Positions 51,842 to 62,090 of a stretch of DNA of 64,000 nt are shown in pieces (the first letter of the stretch is position 1; every line of letters starts with the position of its first letter). A program made the position numbers and the translations under genes. The notes under the pieces are model-generated. The model did no database searches. It was not told the DNA's origin and worked only from the letters and a program-made list of their open reading frames with translations. This DNA comes from Candidatus Eiseniibacteriota bacterium. Lineage in GTDB: Bacteria; Eisenbacteria; RBG-16-71-46. The stretch covers positions 1 through 64,000 of the forward strand of contig JANLWX010000156.1 in the NCBI GenBank assembly GCA_031364845.1, written 5' to 3'.

Positions 51842-53164
51842 GTGACCCATCGGAAACGACTCGCAATTCTCGTCGGCGGGGGCCCTGCGCCCGGAATCAA
51901 CAGCGTGATCGGCGCGGCGACGATCCGCGCGGCGCTCGAAGGCGTCGAAGTGCTCGGAATCGAGGACGGCTTCGAGTGGCTGATGCAGGGCGACATCGAT
52001 CACGTCCGCCCGCTGACGATCGAAGCGGTGAGCCGCATCCACTTCCGCGGCGGCTCCTACATCGGCATCTCCCGCGCGAATCCGACGATCCATCACGACC
52101 TGCTCGAGAACACGGTCATCTCGCTGCTGCGGCTCAACGTCGAGGAGTTGATCACGATCGGCGGCGACGACACCATGTTTTCGGCCAAGCGTCTCGAGGA
52201 ACAGGCGCAGGGCCGCATCCGCGTGGTCCATGTGCCCAAATCGATCGACAACGATCTCGATCTCCCCTCCCACGTCGACACGTTCGGGTTCCAAACCGCA
52301 CGCCATCTCGGCGTCGAGATCCTCAAGAACCTCATGGTCGACGCGAAGACGACCTCACGCTGGTATTTCGTCATCGCCATGGGACGCAAGGCCGGACACC
52401 TCGCACTCGGGATCGGCAAAGCGGGTGGTGCCACGCTCACGCTCATTCCGGAAGAGTTCGGAATGCGCCCGATCCGCCTGCGCACGCTGGTCGACACGCT
52501 GGTCGGGGCGATCATCAAGCGCATGAACGACGGCCGCCGCGATGGCGTCGCGGTGATCGCCGAGGGTGTGGTGCTCGACATCGATCCGTCGGACCTCGCG
52601 CGCATGGAGGAGGCTGAGCACGACGCTCACGGCCACCTGCGCATCGCAGAGATCAACATCGGCGAAATCCTGAAGCACGCGGTACAGGAACGCCTCAAGA
52701 GCTTTGGCATCGCGACCACCATCGTCGCCAAGAACATCGGGTACGAGTTGCGCTGCGCGGATCCGATCCCGTTCGATATGGAGTACACGCGCGACCTCGG
52801 CTACTGCGCCACCAAGGCGCTGCTCTCGGGGTTCAACGCGGTGACCGTGTCGATGCAGGCCGGGCACTTCGTCCCGATTCCGTTCTCGACGCTGACCGAC
52901 AGCGCCACCGGACGCGCGCGCCTGCGGCTGGTCGACATCCATTCGACGCGCTATGCCATCGCGCGCCGGTACATGATCCGGATCCGCCGTGACGATTTCG
53001 AGGATCCGCACGAATTGGCGAAGTTCGCGGCGACCGCCGGGATGTCGCTCGAGGAGTTCCGCAGCCAGTTCGAGTCGCTGTTCGCCGACGAACCCCCGGG
53101 ACTCGACTTCGGACCCGCGCCGCCGGTCGAACATACCGAATCGATTCCGCGTCCCGCCAAATAG
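51842..53164 (+). CDS. pfp: Phosphofructokinase, likely PPi-dependent
   Basis: GGGPAPGIN; IGGDDT; PKSIDND; MGRKAG; GYELRC. Confidence 0.9.
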   Translation: MTHRKRLAILVGGGPAPGINSVIGAATIRAALEGVEVLGIEDGFEWLMQGDIDHVRPLTIEAVSRIHFRGGSYIGISRANPTIHHDLLENTVISLLRLNVEELITIGGDDTMFSAKRLEEQAQGRIRVVHVPKSIDNDLDLPSHVDTFGFQTARHLGVEILKNLMVDAKTTSRWYFVIAMGRKAGHLALGIGKAGGATLTLIPEEFGMRPIRLRTLVDTLVGAIIKRMNDGRRDGVAVIAEGVVLDIDPSDLARMEEAEHDAHGHLRIAEINIGEILKHAVQERLKSFGIATTIVAKNIGYELRCADPIPFDMEYTRDLGYCATKALLSGFNAVTVSMQAGHFVPIPFSTLTDSATGRARLRLVDIHSTRYAIARRYMIRIRRDDFEDPHELAKFAATAGMSLEEFRSQFESLFADEPPGLDFGPAPPVEHTESIPRPAK

Positions 53165-53245
53165 GCCCGGCCTGGCGGTTCATGAATGATCCGGGCCAGC
53201 CCCGGGCGCCGCAATTGCCACCGCGTGCGGTACACTCATGTCGTC

Positions 53246-54319
53246 ATGCGTGCACCCCTCGCGATCCTCATCCTGCTCGGCGGCCTGGCCGCAGTACCGC
53301 TCCCGGTTCACGGCGACGCCCCTCCGGCGCACGTGATGTCGTTCGGCACCTACGGCTTTGCGCCCGGCCAGATCAACTGGGCCCGCGGGGTCGCCGGGGA
53401 TCCCTTTGGCCAGTATGTCTACGTGGCGAATTCCGGCCTCGATCGGATCGAGAAGTTCACGACCGCGGGCGTGTGGGTCATGGGCTGGGGCAGCTACGGC
53501 ACCGGACCCGGCCAGTTCAAGCAGTTGATCGGCATCGCGACCGACGCCGACGGTAATGTGTACGCGGCCGACTGGCTCACCGGGCGCATCCAGAAGTTCA
53601 CCTCGAACGGAGCGCTGCTCGGGCAGTGGGGGTCCAACGGATCGGGGCCAGGACAGTTCGGACATCCCGAAGGCATCGCCATCCATCGCGCGAGCGGGAT
53701 CGTCTACGTCGCCGACTACGACAACGATCGCATTCAGCGTTTCACGACCGCGGGCGCCTATCTCGGGCAGTGGGGCTCGGCGGGATCCGGCAACGGCCAG
53801 CTCGCGGGTCCGAGCGGCGTGGCGATCGACGCGGCGGGCGACGTGTACGTCGCCGACTCCGAGAACAACCGCGTTCAGAAGTTCGGACCCACGGGAGCCT
53901 ACCTGCTCAAGTGGGGCATGACCGGCACCGGCAACGGCCAGTTCTCGAATCCGGACGGCATCACGCTCGACGCCTCGGGCTCGGTCTTCGTCGTCGACGG
54001 ATACAACAACCGCGTTCAGAAGTTCACGCCCGACGGCGCGTATCTCACGAAATGGGGTTCACTCGGGAGCGGGGCGGGTCAGTTCAACGGACCCGAAGGC
54101 ACGGTCGTGGGCGCCGATGGATATCTCTACGTCACCGACCACTGGAACCATCGTATCCAGAAATTCGGGCCCCTGACGGCGGCGGTTCCGGGCGCGACGC
54201 CGTTCGCCATCATGTTCGCTTCCGCCACACTCGCCGCGTTCGGCGCGGCACGGCTCGACCGACAGCGCAACGTCCGCTCCCGGTCACCGGAAGCGGACGC
54301 GCGCGACGCCAAACGCTGA
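53246..54319 (+). CDS. Secreted NHL-repeat beta-propeller with C-terminal membrane sorting signal
   Basis: Six GQF..P.G...VYV.D..N.RIQKF repeats; C-terminal VPGATP, TM and basic tail. Confidence 0.92.
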   Translation: MRAPLAILILLGGLAAVPLPVHGDAPPAHVMSFGTYGFAPGQINWARGVAGDPFGQYVYVANSGLDRIEKFTTAGVWVMGWGSYGTGPGQFKQLIGIATDADGNVYAADWLTGRIQKFTSNGALLGQWGSNGSGPGQFGHPEGIAIHRASGIVYVADYDNDRIQRFTTAGAYLGQWGSAGSGNGQLAGPSGVAIDAAGDVYVADSENNRVQKFGPTGAYLLKWGMTGTGNGQFSNPDGITLDASGSVFVVDGYNNRVQKFTPDGAYLTKWGSLGSGAGQFNGPEGTVVGADGYLYVTDHWNHRIQKFGPLTAAVPGATPFAIMFASATLAAFGAARLDRQRNVRSRSPEADARDAKR

Positions 54320-54334
54320 CCCGAACGGGTCTGT

Positions 54335-56161
54335 TCAGTTCCCCGCGGACTTCATCTCTTCCGGCACGAACTGGGTCATCACCGCCTTGCGCAGCAGCGT
54401 GGGCGGCAGCAGTCCCTGGGCGAGCACGAAGTCGTGGAACTTCTGCCGGTCGAACCGGCGGCCGAGCATGCGCTCCGTGTCGGTGCGCAGCTCCATCAGC
54501 CGCTGGTAACCGCAGAAGTACGACGTCGCCTGGCCCGGAGCGCGGAACGTGTAACGCTCGACTTCCTGCGTCGCCATCGCGGCCGAGAGCACGACGTCCT
54601 CCTGCAACACGCGCATGGCTTCTTCTTTCGTGATCGATCCCTGCTGCAGTCCGGGATCGAGAAACGCCCGCGCGGCGCGGAGCAGCCGATGTTGCAGCGC
54701 GATGAGCTGTCCGTCGAGCGGTTCATAGGGCTTCATCTCGGCTTCAGCGTAGAGACCCCAGCCCTCGACGTTCACGCTGTTGAACGCGAACAGGGCGCGC
54801 GGAATCGACACACCTTTCTCGACGATCGAGGCGAATTGCAGTTCGTGACCCGGACGGCCCTCGTGAGCGGTGAGCGTCCATGAGCCGGCCTCGAACGTGA
54901 AGTCGTCGTACGCGCCACTGCCGGGCTTGCGCAGCGGCAGCACGAACGTGCCCTTCTCTCCGGTGTTTCCGATCAGCCGCGGCGGGCGCATGTTGGGCGC
55001 CGGCTGCTGGGCGCTCTCGGCCTCCGAAGCGAGACGGATCTGCATCGGACGGTCGGGCAACGTGACGATCTTGTGCTGGACGATCAGCTTCTCCAACTCG
55101 CGGATGCGCGCTTCGTAGTGCGGAAGGATCGCGTCTCCGGCGAACTGCTGCTTCTTCAACTCGGCGATCACGGCGCGATAGTCACCCGAGGCGATGCCGC
55201 GCTCCTTGGCGATCATCGGCGCCAGCGCCTGCATCTCGTTCTGGATCTCACGGAAGGCGACCTTGGCGCGGCTCGCGAGTTCCTCGACGGGCATGTCGAC
55301 GCCGACCTGGCGCAGGCCGAACGCGTACAGTTCGGGCGGCTGGCGGAAGTCCGTGCGCGAACGCGGCAGGACCTCGGCCTTGACGAAGGCGCTGTAGCCG
55401 TCGAGCTGCTGGCGCAGTGTCGCGAGCGGCTGCTGCCAGCCCTTGATCGGATACTTGCCGAACAGCTGGGCAATGCCGTCCATCATCGCGCCCTGATTCG
55501 CGAGATCGTTCTCGACCTCGGCGCGGACGGGCCCGATCAGCGCGGCATTCGAGAGCTTCTCGCGGATGCGGTCTTCGGCGAGCTTCGCGATCGGCTCATA
55601 GCCCTTCTCGAGACCGGCATAGCGCCTCAGCCGAACGACCGCCGACGCGCGGCGCTTGGCATCGACCTGATCGTCGAGCAGCGACCGCAGCCCCTGGAAC
55701 ACGGTGCCGTGCAAATCGAAGTACGGAAGCGACACACGTTCGCCGAGGTCCTGCCCTTCGATCTGCTCGCGCGCGCGCGCCACCAGGATGTCCAGATCCT
55801 GCAGCACCGACGGATTCTTCTCGGTTTCCCGGACGCGCTCGAGTGCCGCGATCGCCTGTTCGGTCGCGGCCTTGGATCGTGCGTTGATGGCGGGCTTGAG
55901 GTCGAAGATCTCTTCGTCATATCCGCTGAGACCGAAGAAGCCGGCCTGCTCGGGGCCGAAGCGGGCCATCACCTGCATCAGAACAGCGGCGTTGGCGTTG
56001 CTGCGCTGAACCCATTCGGGAGCGGGCGGTGGCGGGCTCGCGCGTTTGGCGACCGGCTGCCCGTGTGCCACCGAGAGGGCGGCCACCGACACCAGCAGTG
56101 CCGCGGCCGTGCCGAAGGATGCGCAAACGAGTCGTCGTGCAAGAGATCGTGCGGGAATCAT
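54335..56161 (-). CDS. DUF885 family secreted putative metallopeptidase
   Basis: AHEGRPGHELQ; VEGWGLYAE; EVERY...PGQATSY; FHDFVL. Confidence 0.93.
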   Translation of the reverse strand: MIPARSLARRLVCASFGTAAALLVSVAALSVAHGQPVAKRASPPPPAPEWVQRSNANAAVLMQVMARFGPEQAGFFGLSGYDEEIFDLKPAINARSKAATEQAIAALERVRETEKNPSVLQDLDILVARAREQIEGQDLGERVSLPYFDLHGTVFQGLRSLLDDQVDAKRRASAVVRLRRYAGLEKGYEPIAKLAEDRIREKLSNAALIGPVRAEVENDLANQGAMMDGIAQLFGKYPIKGWQQPLATLRQQLDGYSAFVKAEVLPRSRTDFRQPPELYAFGLRQVGVDMPVEELASRAKVAFREIQNEMQALAPMIAKERGIASGDYRAVIAELKKQQFAGDAILPHYEARIRELEKLIVQHKIVTLPDRPMQIRLASEAESAQQPAPNMRPPRLIGNTGEKGTFVLPLRKPGSGAYDDFTFEAGSWTLTAHEGRPGHELQFASIVEKGVSIPRALFAFNSVNVEGWGLYAEAEMKPYEPLDGQLIALQHRLLRAARAFLDPGLQQGSITKEEAMRVLQEDVVLSAAMATQEVERYTFRAPGQATSYFCGYQRLMELRTDTERMLGRRFDRQKFHDFVLAQGLLPPTLLRKAVMTQFVPEEMKSAGN

Positions 56162-56299
56162 GAATCCTCCGAAGGGACATGCGGTCGGCGTCGGTGAACG
56201 ATGGTGCAGGCTACGTCGATGACGGCGGGGGTGATTCACGAAGCCGCCGGGCGCGGCAACGCGTGGGGACGAGCGCGATGTATGGCGAACCCTGAAGCA

Positions 56300-58159
56300 T
56301 CAGCGGATCACGGCACAGCGCGTCGTGAGTTCCTGGTCCCCCCGCGTGAGCCGCAACACATAGACGCCGGGCTCGAGTACCGCGGGGACCACGACCTTGT
56401 GTTTACCGGCGCCGCGGGATCCGACCTCCGACGCCCAGCATCGGCGTCCCGCGAGGTCGATCACTTCGAGCATCGCGGGTGCTGCGTCCGGAAGTTCGAA
56501 CGCGAGCTGGAGGCCCTGGATCGAGGGATTGGGCCGCGCCCCGGTGAGCGCGAAACCGATCGCGTATGGAACCTCGACTTCGACCTCCCCCATTCGCACC
56601 ACGACGCCATGAACCTCGATCGCGAGCCGATAGCCGTATGGGATTCCGGAACGCACGTCGCGGTCTTCGATGCTCACGTCACCACGGACTCCGGGCCGGA
56701 TCGTCGTGATCGGGCTCCAGATTCCGCCGCGCTCGCGGCGCTCGACCACGGCGGTCGCGAACCCATCTCCCATCGATCGCCACGTGATGCGCACCCGGCC
56801 CGGCTCCGCGCTCGCCGTGACGAGCGAGATCAGCACCGGCGTGTCGGTGTCGACGCCGGGCGAATACAACCGGCTTCCCGTCCGCGCGAAATTGCCGCGC
56901 GGCGTCGGCCATGCCTGGGCCGTCTTCCGCCAGGTTCCGGATTCCAATCGGAACACGACGGCACCCGGACCTTCCGCGACGCCGCCGAGAATTTCGGAAC
57001 GCCCGTCACCGTCGAAGTCGGCGATCGATCCCGCCCATGCGGCGCTGCCCGGCTTCGGAAATCCGGGGAGCACCGCGGCCGCGCCGTCGTACGCAAAAAT
57101 TCCGCTGCCGGGCAGGGTCCACAGCACCGAGGGCGAACCGGAAATCGATACGTGACCGAGCAACGGCGTGCCGCGCGGCGAGCCGGCGTGGCGCCGGGGC
57201 CAGGCGCCGAAGGTCACGGGCTCCCCGAGCGCATTCAGCACGCTGAGCTCGGAGTCCGCGGTGCGCGATACGATCACTTCGTCGATGCCATCGCCGTCGA
57301 GATCTCCCGGCACCGGCTCCGAGTCCGCGAGCGAGTTACGCGTGCTCGACCAGCGCAGCGCTCCATCCGGGGCAAAGGCATAGGTCTTCGGTCCCGCCGC
57401 GATCAGGATCGTCGGCGCATCATCACCGAAGCGTGTGATCGAGGGCGCGTGAGGATGCGCCGCCACCGCTCGGGGCCAGCCGGGAAGCACACCGTCCGTG
57501 CCGAGCACGGTGACGGTGCCGTTGTGCGTGACGGCGACGATCTCGACACCCGGGGCGCCATCGAGATCGCTGAGCGCCAGCTGAACGTTCGGGCCCGGCG
57601 TGCCGGCCATCTTCGGAAAGCCCGGAACGAACCGTCCCTCGAACGTCCACGCCCACACTTTTCCATCGCTGCCGCCCCACACCAGCTCGAGCGTCCCGTC
57701 GCCGTCGAGATCTCCGAGTGCCGGCATCGAACCCGGTGTGTTGCCGGCGGTGCCCGAAACCGGGAAGCCCTGCATCAGCTCGCCTTCTTCGTTGAAGCCG
57801 GAGATTCCTCCGTCCGAGGTGGCGACGAACATCCCGAATCCGCCGCCGACTCCGAGTGCAGCAGCGGCCAAGCCGCCCACGGAAGCCGCGGGCAGGGGAA
57901 TCATCCGCACAACTCGCGGCTGGGTCAGATCGAGCAATGCGAGGCGGCCGTCGGCGAGCGCGATGACGGCCCCGCGCACGGCAGAACTCGCGGGCAGCGC
58001 GACCGCCGGTCCGGAGACGGTCGCCTCCGGAAGCAGCACGGTCGTGGTCGCGGGATCGGCGAGTGAACCCGCGGGACGGACGGACGACCCGCGCGGCACG
58101 TCGCTCCCGTTCGACAGAACCAGGAGCAGAATCAACGCGAGCATCGGACCCCTCCGCAA
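56300..58159 (-). CDS. Secreted FG-GAP-repeat protein with Ig-like and T9SS/FlgD-type C-terminal domains
   Basis: GDLDGDG..E repeats, GFP/GWP repeats, N..RTG; EVIDLAGRR...PGVYVLRL. Confidence 0.88.
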   Translation of the reverse strand: MRRGPMLALILLLVLSNGSDVPRGSSVRPAGSLADPATTTVLLPEATVSGPAVALPASSAVRGAVIALADGRLALLDLTQPRVVRMIPLPAASVGGLAAAALGVGGGFGMFVATSDGGISGFNEEGELMQGFPVSGTAGNTPGSMPALGDLDGDGTLELVWGGSDGKVWAWTFEGRFVPGFPKMAGTPGPNVQLALSDLDGAPGVEIVAVTHNGTVTVLGTDGVLPGWPRAVAAHPHAPSITRFGDDAPTILIAAGPKTYAFAPDGALRWSSTRNSLADSEPVPGDLDGDGIDEVIVSRTADSELSVLNALGEPVTFGAWPRRHAGSPRGTPLLGHVSISGSPSVLWTLPGSGIFAYDGAAAVLPGFPKPGSAAWAGSIADFDGDGRSEILGGVAEGPGAVVFRLESGTWRKTAQAWPTPRGNFARTGSRLYSPGVDTDTPVLISLVTASAEPGRVRITWRSMGDGFATAVVERRERGGIWSPITTIRPGVRGDVSIEDRDVRSGIPYGYRLAIEVHGVVVRMGEVEVEVPYAIGFALTGARPNPSIQGLQLAFELPDAAPAMLEVIDLAGRRCWASEVGSRGAGKHKVVVPAVLEPGVYVLRLTRGDQELTTRCAVIR

Positions 58160-58272
58160 GCCAGGCGAAACCCGGCGACGAATGGGGCGCGCCGCTTTCG
58201 CGTGACCCCTCAGACTAGCGAGCGCCCAACGACACGGTCAACGAAAAAGGCTCACGTAAACACCCGTCGCGT

Positions 58273-58743
58273 TCATCCGTCCGAAGCTGCCAGCTTCCGC
58301 AGAATCGCGATCTGCCCTGCATGGTAGAGGTCGTGCTGCACGACGCCGTGGAGGAGCACGTAGCGGGTGCTGCTGGTCGTAGTGCCCGGTTGATCGAGAT
58401 CCGCATCCGCGATCGTTCGGGCCGCCGCCACGAGCTCGCGATGGGCGTCTTTCAGTGCGGCGACGGCGGAGGCGAAACGTACGGCGTCGGCCGGCCCGGT
58501 CGGCGGCCAGTCCTGCTCGTTCGTGGGATCGAAGATCCGGCCCTGGATGCGCGAGGCGACCGCACGTTTCCAGGTCGCCATGTGCAGCACCAGCTCCTCG
58601 ATCGAGTGGACATCGGCGGCCGGCCGGTACGCCGCCTGATCCGCCGTCACGCCATCGAGAAGCTCGAGAACGGCACTGCCGTGCCACGCGTCACGCTCGA
58701 ACGAGCGCTGGAGATGGTTCAGGATGCGATCGATTTCGGACAT
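58273..58743 (-). CDS. DinB family protein
   Basis: AWHG; HSIEELVLHM; QHDLYHAGQI. Confidence 0.93.
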   Translation of the reverse strand: MSEIDRILNHLQRSFERDAWHGSAVLELLDGVTADQAAYRPAADVHSIEELVLHMATWKRAVASRIQGRIFDPTNEQDWPPTGPADAVRFASAVAALKDAHRELVAAARTIADADLDQPGTTTSSTRYVLLHGVVQHDLYHAGQIAILRKLAASDG

Positions 58744-58881
58744 CGATTCCTCCTTCGGGAGCGTGTTCCGGCGCGGTCGTCGCGAGTGGCTTGGCGCACC
58801 GGCGCTGCGAGGATAGGGTGAGTTCGGAGTTCCATCCTAACCGTGCACCGATTCCCGGCACACCTCGACGAGGAGGCTCGC

Positions 58882-59311
58882 TTGCGCGCACTCGCCGCAC
58901 TCCTGATCGCCATGCCGCTCATGTTGGGAGCGACCTCGAATCCACCACCTCCACCTCCGCTCACATCGCGCAGCGCGAAGGATGCCGGCAGCGGAACGAT
59001 CTTCAAGAGCTCTCCCCAGGTGTCCTCCATGCCGGTAGGCCGTGGCGACCGTGCTCAAGTTCCAGCTTCACGACCACATCGCGCGCAAGCTGCTGAAGCA
59101 GGACCGGCGCAGCTGCAGCTACGCGAACCGCAAGGAGGCGGGTAAGTTTCTCGCGGCGATCATGCGCCAGGGTGGCACACGCGATTGGCGCCGAGTCCTG
59201 CGCGAGGCGACCGGCGAGGATCTCTCGACACGCGCGATGGTCGAGTACTTCAAGCCACTGCAGCAGTGGCTCGAAGTGCAGAATCGCGGTCGTACGGTGG
59301 GATGGAACTGA
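58882..59311 (+). pseudogene. Remnant of a secreted M2 (ACE-like) peptidase: signal peptide plus out-of-frame C-terminal ~90 aa
   Basis: GAGGAGG-TTG plus signal peptide; AVATVLKFQLHDHIAR...DWRRVLREATGEDLSTRAMVEYFKPL..WL..QN.GR.VGW; catalytic core absent. Confidence 0.75.
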
Positions 59312-59750
59312 TCGCGCGACAGGCCCGGGGCAAGGGGTGCCGGACCCATCGCGCGCATCTGGGGGAACTCGATGGACGATTCTGGAATACGGGCCGCTTC
59401 CAGGGTCTTGGTGACGTAAGCGCCTGAGAGGGGCATGTAGGTTCGCCACCCGGTGCCCACGGTCGCAGCCCGCAAGGAAGTTACTTCGCAATGCGCAAGC
59501 CAGCGCGCGGCACGCGCAGCGGGCCTCTCGCTCGTCGCGCGCGCAGGGGTTCGCACGAGAACGGACATCTCCAAGTCGTTCAAGCTGCTGCGAGCGATCC
59601 TGGGCGCAGCACCTGCGATCGCCGACTGACGGCAACCGTTCACGGAGCGACAGATCACGGGTTTACCGGTTACGGTGAGTCCGGGTCACATCACCCGAAT
59701 CCGCGCGTCTTCCTCGCCGGATGCCCCACCGCCGGAGGACCGAGATCCCG

Positions 59751-62072
59751 ATGAACATCATCACCCGCTACGCCCGGTGGCTCCACACGCAGTGGCCGGC
59801 GGGGACCGTCGAGCCATTTCCTGTGGTCGGCGATGACGGCAGCACGAAGATCCCGGGGCTCCACGTCGTGGGCGATCTCACCGGTGTGCCGCTGCTCAAG
59901 TTCTCATTGGATTCGGGTGCGCGCGTGGTGCAGCGCATCGCGCGGGATCCGGCGCTCGCGCGCGGAAGTGGCGGCCCCGCGCTCGATCTCCTGATCATCG
60001 GAGCCGGGGTCTCGGGGATGGCGGCCGCGGTGGAGGCTCGAGCCCGCGGGCTGCGCTTCGAAGTCCTCGAAGCTTCCGCACGATTCTTCACGCTCGTTGA
60101 CTTCCCGGCTCGAAAGCCGATCTACACCTACCCGCGCGACATGAGACCCGCGGGCTCTCTGCAAGTCTCGGCCGGCGTGAAAGAGGCTTTGATCGACGAA
60201 CTGGCCGGGCAGATCGACCGGGCCGGGATCGGCGTGACGCCGGCGCGCGCCATCCGCGTGACGCGCGAGGGTGACGGTTTGCGCGTGGACCTGGCCGATG
60301 GCCCTCCACGCCGCGCCGCTCATGTGGTGATCGCGATCGGGCGCAGCGGCGATTATCGCAAACTCGGAGTGCCCGGTGACGACCTGCCCAAGGTGTTCCA
60401 CCGGCTCCACGACCCGGCTGACTTCATGGGCGCGCGCGTGCTGGTCATTGGCGGTGGGGACTCGGCGATCGAAACCGCGAGCGCCCTCGCGGGCGCCGGC
60501 GCCCGGGTGACGCTCGTCCACCGCGCCGCGTCGTTCACCCGCCCCTGCCCCGAGAACATGGAGTGCCTCGAACGGTGGCAGTCCGCCCCCGGCACGATTG
60601 CGGAGCAGGCACCCGCCACCCCGGCGCACGGGCCCGCAGCGCGACCGGTTCCGGTCGTCGTCAAGACGGAATGCGTCGTGAGCGAGATCCGCGATTCCGA
60701 GGTGGTCATGAACGGGCCGGAAGGCGAAACCGTGATCGGGAACGACGTCGTGTTCGCGATGACCGGACGCGAGGCACCGCTCGAATTGTTCCGGCGTTCC
60801 GGTCTCGCGATCGCGGGTGAGATGTCGGCGGCAAGGTGGGCCGCGATGGCCGCGTTCATCGCATTCTGCGGGTGGCTCTACAACTGGAAGTCCGGCGGCT
60901 TCTTCTCGAACCTCTGGTATCGGAACCACTGGTTCCCGACCAACCTCCCCGATCTGCTGGCGGCCGCCGGCGGCGCGCTCGCTCAACAGGCGCAGGATCC
61001 GACGACGCTGATCGGAACCCTCGCGATCAGCGCCTCGGGGCCGTCGTTCTACTACACGCTCGCCTACTCGATCGTGATCGTGGTGTTCGGCATCCGCCGC
61101 ATTCGCCGCCGCAGAACGCCCTATGTCACCGCGCAGACGCTCACGCTCATGATGATCCAGGTGCTGCCGCTGTTTCTGATTCCCGAGCTCCTGCTGCCGC
61201 AACTCGACGCGCACGGGCTGCTGCCGAAAGGGGTGGCGGACGCATTGTTCCCGGCCGTCGACTACGGGCACGGACGCGAGTTCTGGCGCGCCTACGGATT
61301 GATCCTCGCGTGGCCGCTCAACGTGTACAACATCTTCACGCACGAACCGTTGTGGGCGTGGATTGCGATCGGCTTCGTGCAGACCTGTGTCCTGATCCCG
61401 CTCGCGGTGTGGTTCTTCGGCAAGGGCGCCTATTGCGGTTGGATCTGCTCGTGCGGAGCACTCGCCGAGACGCTCGGGGACACACACCGCCACAAGATGC
61501 CGCATGGACCGGGGTGGAACCGCTTCAACATGGCGGGCCAGGTCGTGCTCGCGATCGCCGTGGTTTTGTTGATCGTGCGGATCGCGGGCTGGGTGCTTCC
61601 CGACGGCAGCTGGGCCGACCGCGTCTTCCCGGTGCTGCAGTCGAACTACAAGTGGTGGGTCGACGTGTTCCTCGCCGGCGTGCTCGGATACGGCGTGTAC
61701 TTCTGGTACTCCGGCCGCTTCTGGTGCAGGTTCCTGTGCCCGCTCGCCGCGTTGATGCACGTCTATGCGCGGTTCAGTTCGTTTCGCATCTTCGCCGACA
61801 AGAAGAAGTGCATCTCCTGCGGACAGTGCACCCGCATGTGCCACCAGGGCATCGATGTCATGAGCTTCGCGAACAAAGGCCTCGCGCTGGCGGATCCGCA
61901 ATGCGTGCGGTGCTCCGCGTGCGTGCACACGTGTCCGACCGGAGTGCTGAGCTTCGGCCGCGCGGATCGCGCGGGAAAACTGATCGCGATCGACACGCTG
62001 ATGGCATCGCCGGTACAGATGCGCGAGGGCAAGAACTCGAGCCCCGGCGCGTCTCCCGCCGGGGCTCGTTGA
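59751..62072 (+). CDS. TrxR-like FAD/NAD(P) oxidoreductase fused to a NapH/MauN-like membrane polyferredoxin
   Basis: IIGAGVSG and VIGGGDSA Rossmann motifs; YCGWICSCG, WCRFLCP; CISCGQCTRMC, CVRCSACVHTCP. Confidence 0.9.
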   Translation: MNIITRYARWLHTQWPAGTVEPFPVVGDDGSTKIPGLHVVGDLTGVPLLKFSLDSGARVVQRIARDPALARGSGGPALDLLIIGAGVSGMAAAVEARARGLRFEVLEASARFFTLVDFPARKPIYTYPRDMRPAGSLQVSAGVKEALIDELAGQIDRAGIGVTPARAIRVTREGDGLRVDLADGPPRRAAHVVIAIGRSGDYRKLGVPGDDLPKVFHRLHDPADFMGARVLVIGGGDSAIETASALAGAGARVTLVHRAASFTRPCPENMECLERWQSAPGTIAEQAPATPAHGPAARPVPVVVKTECVVSEIRDSEVVMNGPEGETVIGNDVVFAMTGREAPLELFRRSGLAIAGEMSAARWAAMAAFIAFCGWLYNWKSGGFFSNLWYRNHWFPTNLPDLLAAAGGALAQQAQDPTTLIGTLAISASGPSFYYTLAYSIVIVVFGIRRIRRRRTPYVTAQTLTLMMIQVLPLFLIPELLLPQLDAHGLLPKGVADALFPAVDYGHGREFWRAYGLILAWPLNVYNIFTHEPLWAWIAIGFVQTCVLIPLAVWFFGKGAYCGWICSCGALAETLGDTHRHKMPHGPGWNRFNMAGQVVLAIAVVLLIVRIAGWVLPDGSWADRVFPVLQSNYKWWVDVFLAGVLGYGVYFWYSGRFWCRFLCPLAALMHVYARFSSFRIFADKKKCISCGQCTRMCHQGIDVMSFANKGLALADPQCVRCSACVHTCPTGVLSFGRADRAGKLIAIDTLMASPVQMREGKNSSPGASPAGAR

Positions 62073-62090
62073 TGCTTCGCCGTCGCGGCT

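Noticed and set aside
53330..54170. Recurring ~141-bp nucleotide similarity
   Set aside because: Explained by NHL protein repeats.
59312..59750. About 440-bp intergenic stretch with coding-like patches
   Set aside because: No recognisable family, RBS-supported ORF or RNA structure.
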